A stretch of 37,486 nt of DNA from an uncultured bacterium (GTDB lineage Bacteria > Patescibacteriota > Dojkabacteria > B142 > OLB20), in assembly GCA_937889205.1 (NCBI GenBank), contig CALARN010000161.1, positions 1-37,486 of the forward strand, read 5' to 3'. Below are positions 17,672-26,334 of this stretch, piece after piece. Both the position numbers and the translations under genes were made by a program. Every line of letters begins with the position of its first letter. The stretch's first letter is position 1. The notes under the pieces were generated by a model that ran no database searches, was not told the DNA's origin, and saw only the letters and a list, made by a program, of their open reading frames with translations.

Positions 17672-18964
17672 ATGGGAAAATCAACTGAAACTGAAAATTA
17701 TTATGATGTAATTATCTTGGGTGGAGGGGCGGCGGGGATTACAGCTGCGATTTCTACAAAAAGACATCATCCTCAACTTAGTGTCTTAATCGTCGATCAA
17801 ACATTTGCTTTGGGTAGAAAGATACTAGTTTCTGGAGCAGGCAGATGCAACATAACTAATGGCAATTTGGCTAAGGATGATTGGCGTAAAAGGTACTATT
17901 GTGACACTCCACAATTACTCGATAGTGTGTTTGCACAGTTTGGATATAACGAAATCATAGCTTACTTTGAAGACTTAGGGATAAAGCTTTATGAAGAGCA
18001 AAAGAATAATAATGGAAAAATATTTCCAATTACTGATTCTGCTAAAAATGTTGTTGCCCTTCTCATAGATGAATTACAAAGACTCGGTGTAGTTATTAGT
18101 ATAGAAAGTAGTTGTACTAAGGTGACAAAATCAAATTCATTGTTTCAGCTACAGATTAATAAAGAAAATCGTCACCGATTATTTACAAGCAAGTATTTGA
18201 TATGCGCAACTGGTGGAAAAACTTATCCGGCATTAGGTTCAGACGGAAGTGGTTATGATTTAATAAAAGACTTAGGTCATGCAATTTTATCGCCTGTTCC
18301 TGCGGCTGGTCCTTTAATCAGTAAAGATAGGATTTGTCATGAATTGCAAGGGGTTAAAACTAATGTAAGTGCATCATTAATTATTGATGGCAAGATACAG
18401 AAATCGGGGATAGATGATTTATTATTTACTCAATACGGAGTATCTGGGAGCTTAATTTTCAATTTCTCAAGACATGTGTCCACGAAATTTAATAGAGGGG
18501 AAAGTGGTACAAAGATATTTGTAGTTGTCGATTTTTTACCGACTATTACAAGACTTGAGCTTTCAAAATATCTACAAAAACAGTGGGATAAAAGACCGGG
18601 GCAAACAGTTGTTAATTCATTATTAGGTATTCTTAATGCTAAGATAGCAAGCGTGTTATGTCGGCAAGGGGGAATTAATCCTGTTAAGCAGGTTAAAGAT
18701 ATCAACCAAGATGTTCAAAAGGCGATAATTGAAAAAATTAAAGCATATAAGATAGAAATAGTTGGAACAAAGGGCTGGAATGAATCTGAATTCACAGCGG
18801 GAGGAGTAAGGGCAGCAGAAATAAACCCTAAAACTTTAGCTTCATACCTTGTCCAAGGTTTATATCTTTGTGGTGAAGTTATAAATGTAGATGGGGATGT
18901 GGGGGGCTTCAATTTGTCTTGGGCATGGGCCTCTGGGTATCTTGCAGGTAAATTAATAGAGTAG
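17672..18964 (+). CDS. HI0933/BaiN-like NAD(P)/FAD-dependent oxidoreductase
   Basis: 430 aa. Dinucleotide fold YDVIILGGGAAGITAA, then GRKILVSGAGRCNITN, and a C-terminal GEV.NVDG..GGFNL..AW.SG, all typical of the HI0933 family. Confidence 0.75.
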   Translation: MGKSTETENYYDVIILGGGAAGITAAISTKRHHPQLSVLIVDQTFALGRKILVSGAGRCNITNGNLAKDDWRKRYYCDTPQLLDSVFAQFGYNEIIAYFEDLGIKLYEEQKNNNGKIFPITDSAKNVVALLIDELQRLGVVISIESSCTKVTKSNSLFQLQINKENRHRLFTSKYLICATGGKTYPALGSDGSGYDLIKDLGHAILSPVPAAGPLISKDRICHELQGVKTNVSASLIIDGKIQKSGIDDLLFTQYGVSGSLIFNFSRHVSTKFNRGESGTKIFVVVDFLPTITRLELSKYLQKQWDKRPGQTVVNSLLGILNAKIASVLCRQGGINPVKQVKDINQDVQKAIIEKIKAYKIEIVGTKGWNESEFTAGGVRAAEINPKTLASYLVQGLYLCGEVINVDGDVGGFNLSWAWASGYLAGKLIE

Positions 18965-18967
18965 TTA

Positions 18968-18996
18968 TTGTCAGCGAAATCTTCATAGCGTATAAT
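18968..18996 (+). promoter_or_regulatory. Sigma70-like promoter candidate for lemA
   Basis: TTGTCA (18968-18973), 17-nt spacer, TATAAT (18991-18996), 30 nt upstream of the ATG. Confidence 0.55.
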
Positions 18997-19026
18997 TTTA
19001 TTATCTATTTTTTATTTAGTTTATCT

Positions 19027-19602
19027 ATGGAACTACTCTTACCGTTATTGGTAGTTTGCGGCGGTGTTTTAATTGTCGCAATTATTGCAGGTATTGCCTT
19101 ATACAATGGTTTAATTCAACTTAAGGTGTTAGTTGACGAAGCTTGGAGTGGCATTGATGTGCAACTTAAGCGCAGATATGACTTAATTCCAAATTTGGTC
19201 GAAACTGTAAAGGGCTATGCATCTCACGAGAAAGAGACTTTTGAGAAAATCGCCCAGTTAAGATCTTCGGCTATGGGGGCAACAGGAGTAGAAGAAAAAG
19301 GTAAGATTGAAGCTGAACTTACCTCTACTCTTAAAACTCTTTTTGCTGTTGCAGAAAGCTATCCTGAATTGAAGGCTAATGAAAATTTTAAAGAGCTGCA
19401 GAATTCTTTAACTTCAATTGAAGAGGAAATTCAAGGGGCAAGAAGATATTACAATGGTACTGTAAGAGATTACAACACCAAAATTATGGTATTTCCTAAC
19501 AATGTTTTCGCAGGCATGCTTGGTTTTAAGGCAAGAGAATTTTTTGCTGCTGAAGAAGAAGCTAAGGCGAATGTTAAAGTTGATTTTTCTAGCGGGAAAT
19601 AA
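19027..19602 (+). CDS. lemA: LemA family membrane protein
   Basis: 191 aa. N-terminal TM, then YN.LI.L...V.EAWS.IDVQLKRR.DLIPNLVETVKGYA.HE..T...I...R, characteristic of LemA. Confidence 0.85.
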   Translation: MELLLPLLVVCGGVLIVAIIAGIALYNGLIQLKVLVDEAWSGIDVQLKRRYDLIPNLVETVKGYASHEKETFEKIAQLRSSAMGATGVEEKGKIEAELTSTLKTLFAVAESYPELKANENFKELQNSLTSIEEEIQGARRYYNGTVRDYNTKIMVFPNNVFAGMLGFKAREFFAAEEEAKANVKVDFSSGK

Positions 19603-19628
19603 ATTTAATAAATTTTAACTGTCACGAA

Positions 19629-21731
19629 ATGAAAACAGCAAGTGATTGTTTGCAGTATGTATTTTCAAGAGCAATCCTTGCTGTTGCTTTGTTGTTAGGG
19701 TTTGCTGTTTTATTGCCACAATCAATACTGGCTCAATCTGGAGTCTATGACCGCTACGATGTTAAAGTAGAAGTTTTAAATGACTCAAGTATGATGGTCA
19801 CTGAGTCGATTGAAATTACTTTTAACGGTACTTTTAGTTTTGTTACCAGAGACATACCTCTAGTTGATACAGAAAAATCCCAAATATGTGAAAAAAGCGA
19901 TTCTATACAATGTGGTGGATTTTCATACATTCAATGGATTGAGCTTCGTAATCAAGCGGGAGAAATTGTCCCTGACAATCAATACACATTTACCCGCTCA
20001 GAAAGCGATACTAATTTAGATTTGAATCTTAAGTGGACATTTGCTGAAGACGGTAGAGAGTTTGTAAATGAAAAGTTTAAATATACTCTAAAATATCAGG
20101 TGTTTGGTGCAATTGGATACTTTGATAATTATGATTTGTTCTATTGGAATATGTTACCTGCAGATAGACCGGCATCAATAACTGAATCGTCAATGCAGAT
20201 AATATTCCCAAAAGATATTGCGTTAACTGACTCAGATATATCAGTTCCCGTAGCTACTTATGACTATGCTATAGATTATTCGAAAAAATATAATAGCATT
20301 TCTAAAGCAGTCGAAATTGAAACTGGTGTTATACCGGCAAGTCAAAATTTTACAGTATTAATAAAGTTTCCTAAAGGTGTTGTAGAGCAACCGGGTACAA
20401 TTAAATTTATCTCAAATAAGACCCCTTTAGATGTTGAAATGGATGGTGTATTGATTAATGATGTTGGAGAATTATTGACTGGTGTTGTCCCAGGTAAGCA
20501 TACATTAAAGATATCAGTAGGTAGTTTTGATAGCTATAAGTACGATTCGATAGTCAAACATGTAGAAGTCAAAGCCGGAGAGACAACAGAAGTAGAATTT
20601 CATTTCCAAGAATCACCTGTTTGGGCAATATTAAACACATTAAACATCATTTGTGGAGTTTTGGGCTGCTTTATTTTTCCGGCTGGATTGATTTTTCTCT
20701 ACATGAAATGGCGTGCTAGGGGAAGAGATAAAGGCAGAAGAGCGACGATTGTGCCTATGTATTCGCCACCAGAAAATATGCATCCATATCTATTAGGTTC
20801 TTTAAAAGATGAGAGTGTGGATACTGCTGATATTTCAGGAACGATTATTGACTTAGCCTATCGTGGATATATAAAAATTAGAGAATTCAAAACAGGCAAG
20901 ATTTTAGGTTTGGGGGGAAGCTATGACTATGAGTTTATTAAGCAAAAAGATTTTAATACAGGGACAACAGATACGGAGTCGCAACTTTTGCAAGATATTT
21001 TTGGCACAAAAGAAAGAGTTGTAATGTCAACAGATTTAAAAGAGAAGTTTTATGTAAAATTACCTAGTCTTAAAACCATGATTTATGAAGAAATGACTAA
21101 GGCTAAGTACTTTACAGAAAATCCAGATAAAGTACGAGGCAAATACACACTAACAGGAACCGCACTTGTCACAATTGCGGTAATATTATTGTTTTCTATT
21201 GGTATGTTCGGTTTTGTAGTTTATGTTGTGATAACAGCTATTATTAGCTGTATATTACTTGGAATTGCTTTTTTAATATTTGCCCAATATATGCCCGCTA
21301 AAACTGAGTTAGGTTCAAAGGCTTTAGAGCATATACTTGGTTTTAAGATGTATATGGAGATAGCGGAGAGGTTTAGAGTGCAGAATCTTACCCCTGAAAC
21401 CTTTGAAAAATATTTATCATATGCAGTGGTTTTTGGTATTGAAAAGCAATGGGCAGATAAATTTAAAGATATTTACAAAAATAAGCCTGAATGGTTTGAC
21501 ACAGATAGGAATGAGTTGTGGAATGCCTATATTCTATCTAATGCATTAAGAAGCTTTTCCACGATTTCTGCAAATGCCTTAGCAGTTAGAGATCAAAGTA
21601 GCTACCGTTCAAGTAGTTCGGGGTGGGGTTCAACGGGATTTGGTGGCGGCGGCGGTTGGTCAGGAGGTGGAGGTTTTTCAGGTGGCTTCTCAGGAGGTGG
21701 AGGCGGTGGCGGTGGCTCAGGGTGGGGTTAA
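19629..21731 (+). CDS. DUF2207-like membrane protein with a Gly/Ser/Trp-rich C-terminal tail
   Basis: 700 aa. Signal or TM segment, a large extracytoplasmic domain, several TMs, and a tail ending GGGGGWSGGGGFSGGFSGGGGGGGGSGWG. Adjacency to LemA is typical of the LemA/DUF2207 pairing. Confidence 0.65.
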   Translation: MKTASDCLQYVFSRAILAVALLLGFAVLLPQSILAQSGVYDRYDVKVEVLNDSSMMVTESIEITFNGTFSFVTRDIPLVDTEKSQICEKSDSIQCGGFSYIQWIELRNQAGEIVPDNQYTFTRSESDTNLDLNLKWTFAEDGREFVNEKFKYTLKYQVFGAIGYFDNYDLFYWNMLPADRPASITESSMQIIFPKDIALTDSDISVPVATYDYAIDYSKKYNSISKAVEIETGVIPASQNFTVLIKFPKGVVEQPGTIKFISNKTPLDVEMDGVLINDVGELLTGVVPGKHTLKISVGSFDSYKYDSIVKHVEVKAGETTEVEFHFQESPVWAILNTLNIICGVLGCFIFPAGLIFLYMKWRARGRDKGRRATIVPMYSPPENMHPYLLGSLKDESVDTADISGTIIDLAYRGYIKIREFKTGKILGLGGSYDYEFIKQKDFNTGTTDTESQLLQDIFGTKERVVMSTDLKEKFYVKLPSLKTMIYEEMTKAKYFTENPDKVRGKYTLTGTALVTIAVILLFSIGMFGFVVYVVITAIISCILLGIAFLIFAQYMPAKTELGSKALEHILGFKMYMEIAERFRVQNLTPETFEKYLSYAVVFGIEKQWADKFKDIYKNKPEWFDTDRNELWNAYILSNALRSFSTISANALAVRDQSSYRSSSSGWGSTGFGGGGGWSGGGGFSGGFSGGGGGGGGSGWG
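21660..21703 (+). repeat. Short in-frame direct repeat within the Gly-rich tail coding region
   Basis: TCAGGAGGTGGAGG occurs at 21660-21673 and again at 21690-21703. This is coding low complexity. Confidence 0.6.
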
Positions 21732-21813
21732 ATTTGTACTTGGTTCTTGTTGGCGTTTAATGCAAGAATAGATACATTCTGCGCAAATTTTAATGTTCAA
21801 ACATTTCATATAA

Positions 21814-23232
21814 GTGACGAAGTCGATTATCAAAGTCGCTTTTTGGGGACTACTGTCAATAGTATTGTTAGCAGTTGCCATTCCGACTTTCACCGTAAAA
21901 TTAGGTGAAGACTATTACCGTATTCGTAACCTTTCCCCTAGTGATTTTTTTCCAGAATTTTTGGTACAAGAATATGCCTTTGCCCCTTCGATAGAATTAC
22001 AAGGGGGTAGTATTGGCACTGTTGAGGTTGATATGGATAATATTGGCGAGTCTGATCAATTAACAAATTTCCAAATTAATAGAAATAATTTCGTTTATCG
22101 TTTGAATGTGTTTCAGAATTTTTTAAAGCGTGGTTTTAAAACACTTAATTACGATTTGCAAGAGGCAATCAGTACTGATAATTCAGAATATAAATTATTG
22201 GTAAAATTTCCAGGATTCATTGACAAAGATAGGTTATCGATTTTTACAACTCCGGGAAGTGTCTCTGTTTGGGTAGATGACTCGTTGAATGCTGATCCAA
22301 ACATGACTGAAGAAGAAAAGGCTGCTAAACCATATGGGTTAAGACGCATATCAAATATTACTAATGAAGATATTGCTTCAGTAAATGTCGTAACCGACTC
22401 AAGTTGTTACTATGATAAACCAGAATCACCAAGAAATTTCTGTGTACGCATGACTTTTAAAGCTAGTGCACAATCTAAGTTTAATGAAGGGTTTTTAGCT
22501 AATCCAACCGGTAACTATCCTGCAATTTTGTTTGTTGATCAAGCCCCTGTGGCCGTAAAATCTACCGGTCAAGTCTTAGATACAGTCAATCCAGGATTAA
22601 CAATTGATTGGTATTTATTAATTGACGATGATTACGAGACTACCGCAATCTTAGCCTCTGTATTAAACGATAGGCCATTAGGTGACAATGTACTCTTGAA
22701 TGATTTTAATAGCTTAGAAGCAACCGCAGGAGTAGAAACTTTAAAGTATATTGAAATTGCATTAATTTCAACTTTCTTAGTAGTAAATGTATTACTGCTG
22801 GTATATTTTAAGAAACGCGGCTGGTTAGCTGTAATACTTAACATTTTGTTTGCTATTTTTGCTGTGGCTATTATGAAAATTTTTGGATTAGTTCTTGATA
22901 CCGCATTAATTCTTGGTGGCTTGGTATCGTTCTTAGCATTTCTTAGCTTTGTAACATACATGCTTTATCAAGTTAGAACTGCAGCAAGTGGAGGAATTAG
23001 TGAAGATGAAATCGAAGAGTTATACCAAAACACAAAGAAACACTTCACATACTTGACCATAACTACTTGTATATTGGCATTTATCATGTCGAATTTTGCA
23101 CCAGCTTTTATGCTTAGTATGTTTATTGGCTTCGGCTTTGGTATCATCGCCGGATACCTTGTATTAAGTTTTCCTGGTGTTCATTTATTAAAAATCTTAT
23201 TTTTAAAATCTTTGGCATGGAAAATTTGGTAA
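21814..23232 (+). CDS. SecD-like membrane protein (highly divergent)
   Basis: 472 aa with a GTG start and SecD topology: one N-terminal TM, a ~300-aa external domain, and 5-6 C-terminal TMs. IELQGGS resembles the SecD LDLxGG motif, and a FVDQAPVAV segment resembles SecD LDGxVxSAP. Confidence 0.4.
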   Translation: MTKSIIKVAFWGLLSIVLLAVAIPTFTVKLGEDYYRIRNLSPSDFFPEFLVQEYAFAPSIELQGGSIGTVEVDMDNIGESDQLTNFQINRNNFVYRLNVFQNFLKRGFKTLNYDLQEAISTDNSEYKLLVKFPGFIDKDRLSIFTTPGSVSVWVDDSLNADPNMTEEEKAAKPYGLRRISNITNEDIASVNVVTDSSCYYDKPESPRNFCVRMTFKASAQSKFNEGFLANPTGNYPAILFVDQAPVAVKSTGQVLDTVNPGLTIDWYLLIDDDYETTAILASVLNDRPLGDNVLLNDFNSLEATAGVETLKYIEIALISTFLVVNVLLLVYFKKRGWLAVILNILFAIFAVAIMKIFGLVLDTALILGGLVSFLAFLSFVTYMLYQVRTAASGGISEDEIEELYQNTKKHFTYLTITTCILAFIMSNFAPAFMLSMFIGFGFGIIAGYLVLSFPGVHLLKILFLKSLAWKIW

Positions 23233-24152
23233 AAAAAATATCTGCTACAACAACTGCTTGGATTGTTCTAGTATTAATTGTTTTAAGCTTAGCATCTCTG
23301 CTACTGTTTAAATTAAACCTAGGTCCTGAGTTTTCGTCAGCCAGAGTGATAGTTGCTCAACTTGATCATGAAGAGTCTTTAAAAGATATTGAGAGTAAGG
23401 CTAATGAAATCATTAGGCCTGCAGCAATAACAAAAGAAAGTACAAGTAAGTTTTACTTTTATTTTCAAAATACTAATGAACTTGAAATAACAGCATTTGC
23501 AGACAAATTTGCTGAAGTTCAGCCTGGTGTATTAACTGTTAAAGACTATAATTTCTCATATTCAGGCGAAATATTCATAGTTGAAAGAGTAATAATCATT
23601 GCTGTTATTGCATTGATAATTCATCTTGTCTATGTCGCGATAACATTTAAAGATACAGGTTTAAAAAGAATGGATTTACTACCATTGTTAAGTGTTGAGT
23701 TATTTAGTTTAGGAATAGCTGTATTGTTATTATTTGGGGTGGGTAGCGCATTAGGTGAGCTTGGTTTGGTAATGGATAGCATTTACTGGGTAATCTTTTT
23801 AATAGCAGTCGCTATAGTAATTATTTTTAGAATTTATGTGCTACTAAGGTATCGAGATATGCTAAAAAAGCAGTCAAGTAACAAGTTTGTTGATGTATAT
23901 AAACAGATGTTTAAAAAGTATTGGCCAGAATTTGTCTTTATATTCTGTTTAGCTATTATTGTTTGCGTGTTACCTTTAACAGTATTAGGAACTAAATATT
24001 TATTAGCTGCAATATTGGTATTAGTGGCAATACTATTTTCAATTTTCAACTTTATTTTCTTAGAAAGATATTTTTTAGAGTTCCTTCAAGGTTCTAAATT
24101 TCTATCAGAAGAGAAAATTAAATCAAAATCAAGCTTATTAAAAAAGTGGTAA
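23217..24152 (+). CDS. SecF-like membrane protein (highly divergent)
   Basis: 311 aa with SecF topology: one TM, a ~100-aa external domain, and 5 TMs. It overlaps the upstream gene by 16 nt. NLGPEFSSA sits where SecF has IDFTGG. Confidence 0.35.
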   Translation: MENLVKKISATTTAWIVLVLIVLSLASLLLFKLNLGPEFSSARVIVAQLDHEESLKDIESKANEIIRPAAITKESTSKFYFYFQNTNELEITAFADKFAEVQPGVLTVKDYNFSYSGEIFIVERVIIIAVIALIIHLVYVAITFKDTGLKRMDLLPLLSVELFSLGIAVLLLFGVGSALGELGLVMDSIYWVIFLIAVAIVIIFRIYVLLRYRDMLKKQSSNKFVDVYKQMFKKYWPEFVFIFCLAIIVCVLPLTVLGTKYLLAAILVLVAILFSIFNFIFLERYFLEFLQGSKFLSEEKIKSKSSLLKKW

Positions 24153-24649
24153 TTAAAGATTTAACCGTTGCTGAAGTTGATGCTTTCTATAATTCATTCT
24201 CATTATTGATGCGTGAGGGTTACGGGCAATTCCCGCATGAGTTGCGAGAATTCTTTTTGACGCATGATTATTTAAAAGATAATTTTGTTAATTGGTTAAA
24301 TCGAAACATTCGCAAAATTCTTATCTCAATAGAAGCCGATGGTCGTGTCTCAGGTTTTTTAATTGGAGATCACACCTACGGCGGAGTTGCCTTTATAAGC
24401 TGGATTGGTGTTTTACCTGAATTTCGTAATCAAGGCATTGCTTCTCAATTGATGAAGCTCTATGAAATTTATGTAAAATCTAAGCAAGCACATTTAATTG
24501 AATTATTCACCTATGAAGCAATGAAGCAGTTTTATGAAAAGCGTGGTTTTATCGAAATTGGCAGACGCAAGCAAGGCTTCTACGGGCAATTAAATCTCAT
24601 TATGAATAAAGAGATTGGTGATTGGAATATAGACAAATTACCTAGATAA
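24146..24649 (+). CDS. GNAT family N-acetyltransferase
   Basis: 167 aa. Acetyl-CoA motif A VLPEFRNQGIASQLM plus the C-terminal FYEKRGF. The GTG start overlaps the upstream stop (GTGGTAA). Confidence 0.7.
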   Translation: MVIKDLTVAEVDAFYNSFSLLMREGYGQFPHELREFFLTHDYLKDNFVNWLNRNIRKILISIEADGRVSGFLIGDHTYGGVAFISWIGVLPEFRNQGIASQLMKLYEIYVKSKQAHLIELFTYEAMKQFYEKRGFIEIGRRKQGFYGQLNLIMNKEIGDWNIDKLPR

Positions 24650-25855
24650 TCCAGTTATGCTAATGGCTTTTAAAGCGGAGATCAATTGATCGATATCTTC
24701 TGCTGTATTGTAAATTGCTAATGAGGCTCGACAAGACGCTGGCACATTTAGTATCTTTTTGTGAAGTATCTGTGCGCAATGATGACCGGCTCTAATCGCA
24801 ACCTCATCTTGATCTAGAATTTGAGCTAAGTCATGAGGATGCACTTGAGCTAAATTAAAACTGAATACCCCAGATTTATTGGCAATATTATTTGTTCCAT
24901 AAACTGTAAGCGCAGATATCTCTTTCAAACCTTGCATTAATTTTTCTGTTAATTCTTTTTCATGTTGCATGATATTGTCCCAACCAATTTGAGTTATATA
25001 CTTTATGGCTGCGGCAAATCCAATAGCTCCTGCAATATTCGGTGTTCCGGCCTCAAATTTTTCTACACCAGTTGTGTAAGTTGAAAATTGCTCGTTTACT
25101 TCCGCAATCATGCCTCCGCCGGTAAAGAACGGTTCAGCATCAGCAAGCAGTTCTTGCTTTGCATAGATGAATCCGATACCAGTTGGACCATATGCTTTAT
25201 GTGCTGACGCTACTAAAAAATCACAATCCATTGCTTTAACATCAATGGGTTGGTGGACTAGTGACTGAGCTGCATCTATCACGATCTTTGTCTTTGGGCT
25301 ATATTTTCGAGTAATTTTAACAATTTCATTAATAGGATTGATGCTACCTAGAACATTACTTATATGATTAAGTGAGAGTACAGCAATTTTTTCGGTTTTC
25401 AAAATTTCTGTTAAAGCCGTCAAGTTCAGCTCAAGTTCAGTAGTTAAGGGAATATATTTGAGTTGATTGCCATTTGTATTTGCTAGCTGTTGCCAAGGCA
25501 AAATATTGCTATGATGCTCTTGCACAGAGAGCAAAATAACCTCGTCGCTTTTAACGCGCTTTGCAAAATAATATTGAGCTAATAAATTGATACTGGCAGT
25601 AGTACCTGAAGTGAATATTATTTCAGTAGGCTCAGCACTAATAAAGTCAGCGACAACTTCTCTCGAGTTTTCATATGCTATTGTTGCCGCTTCACTAAGT
25701 TTATAGATGCCACGATGAACATTGGCATTGGTTTTGCAGTAGTAGTCGTTAATTGCTGTAATGACGGCTTGTGGTTTTTGAGTCGTGGCCGCATTATCTA
25801 AATATGCTAGTTGAGGATAAGTGTTTAATAATGGAAAGTCTTGGCGGTAATTCAT
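24638..25855 (-). CDS. sufS: Cysteine desulfurase, SufS type (class V aminotransferase)
   Basis: 405 aa. PLP-lysine context SAHKAYGPTGIG, active-site RAGHHCAQ, and an N-terminal YLDNAATTQKP. Confidence 0.9.
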   Translation of the reverse strand: MNYRQDFPLLNTYPQLAYLDNAATTQKPQAVITAINDYYCKTNANVHRGIYKLSEAATIAYENSREVVADFISAEPTEIIFTSGTTASINLLAQYYFAKRVKSDEVILLSVQEHHSNILPWQQLANTNGNQLKYIPLTTELELNLTALTEILKTEKIAVLSLNHISNVLGSINPINEIVKITRKYSPKTKIVIDAAQSLVHQPIDVKAMDCDFLVASAHKAYGPTGIGFIYAKQELLADAEPFFTGGGMIAEVNEQFSTYTTGVEKFEAGTPNIAGAIGFAAAIKYITQIGWDNIMQHEKELTEKLMQGLKEISALTVYGTNNIANKSGVFSFNLAQVHPHDLAQILDQDEVAIRAGHHCAQILHKKILNVPASCRASLAIYNTAEDIDQLISALKAISITGLSR

Positions 25856-26334
25856 TTATTTTTACTAATAGCTATCTTAGATATTATATCTGCAGTGAAG
25901 GCTTTTATTAATAGTTTTTCTGCATCTTTTTTAGTAAATCCGTGCATTTGTAAGTAATACATTTGCTCTGCATCTAATTTGCCAATTGTGGCAGCGTGCC
26001 CTGCTTTAACATCTTGCTCTAATATTTCTAATGATGGAATAGCTTGGGCTTTGGCATCATTTGAAATTAATAATACTGCAATTTTTAAATAGCTATCACA
26101 TCGCTTAGCCCCCATTTCAATGCGTAATTTGGGCTCGATTTGGAAACTTGACTCATCAGTCAATACAGCTTTTATAAGTATGCGTGAAGTCAAAAATGGC
26201 CTTTTATGAATTATTTCAAAAGAATTTTTGCAATCAAAATTTTGTGATCCCATGAAAAGTCCTAGGATCTCTGTATCCTCTTTAATTTCGATGTTTTTTA
26301 TTGGTTTGTTAAAGTCTAATATGATAGTTTTCAT
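25852..26334 (-). CDS. sufD: Short SufD-like protein (C-terminal SufBD domain only)
   Basis: 160 aa. DVKAGHAATIGKLDAEQMYYLQMHGF.K.DAE.LLI.AF matches the C-terminal end of SufB/SufD. ATGA overlaps join it to both neighbours. Confidence 0.7.
   Translation of the reverse strand: MKTIILDFNKPIKNIEIKEDTEILGLFMGSQNFDCKNSFEIIHKRPFLTSRILIKAVLTDESSFQIEPKLRIEMGAKRCDSYLKIAVLLISNDAKAQAIPSLEILEQDVKAGHAATIGKLDAEQMYYLQMHGFTKKDAEKLLIKAFTADIISKIAISKNK

Noticed and set aside
21600-21731. Repetitive GGT/GGC-rich DNA with a duplicated 14-mer, considered as a tandem or CRISPR-like repeat.
   Set aside because: It is in frame within the DUF2207-like CDS and simply encodes the Gly-rich tail. There is no spacer/repeat periodicity.
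25852-26334. Possible alternative genetic code (UGA recoded, as in some CPR lineages), because almost every gene ends in TAA or TAG.
   Set aside because: TGA is used as a stop in the ATGA overlaps at 25852-25855 and 26331-26334. No conserved protein in the window is interrupted by an in-frame TGA. The standard bacterial code fits.
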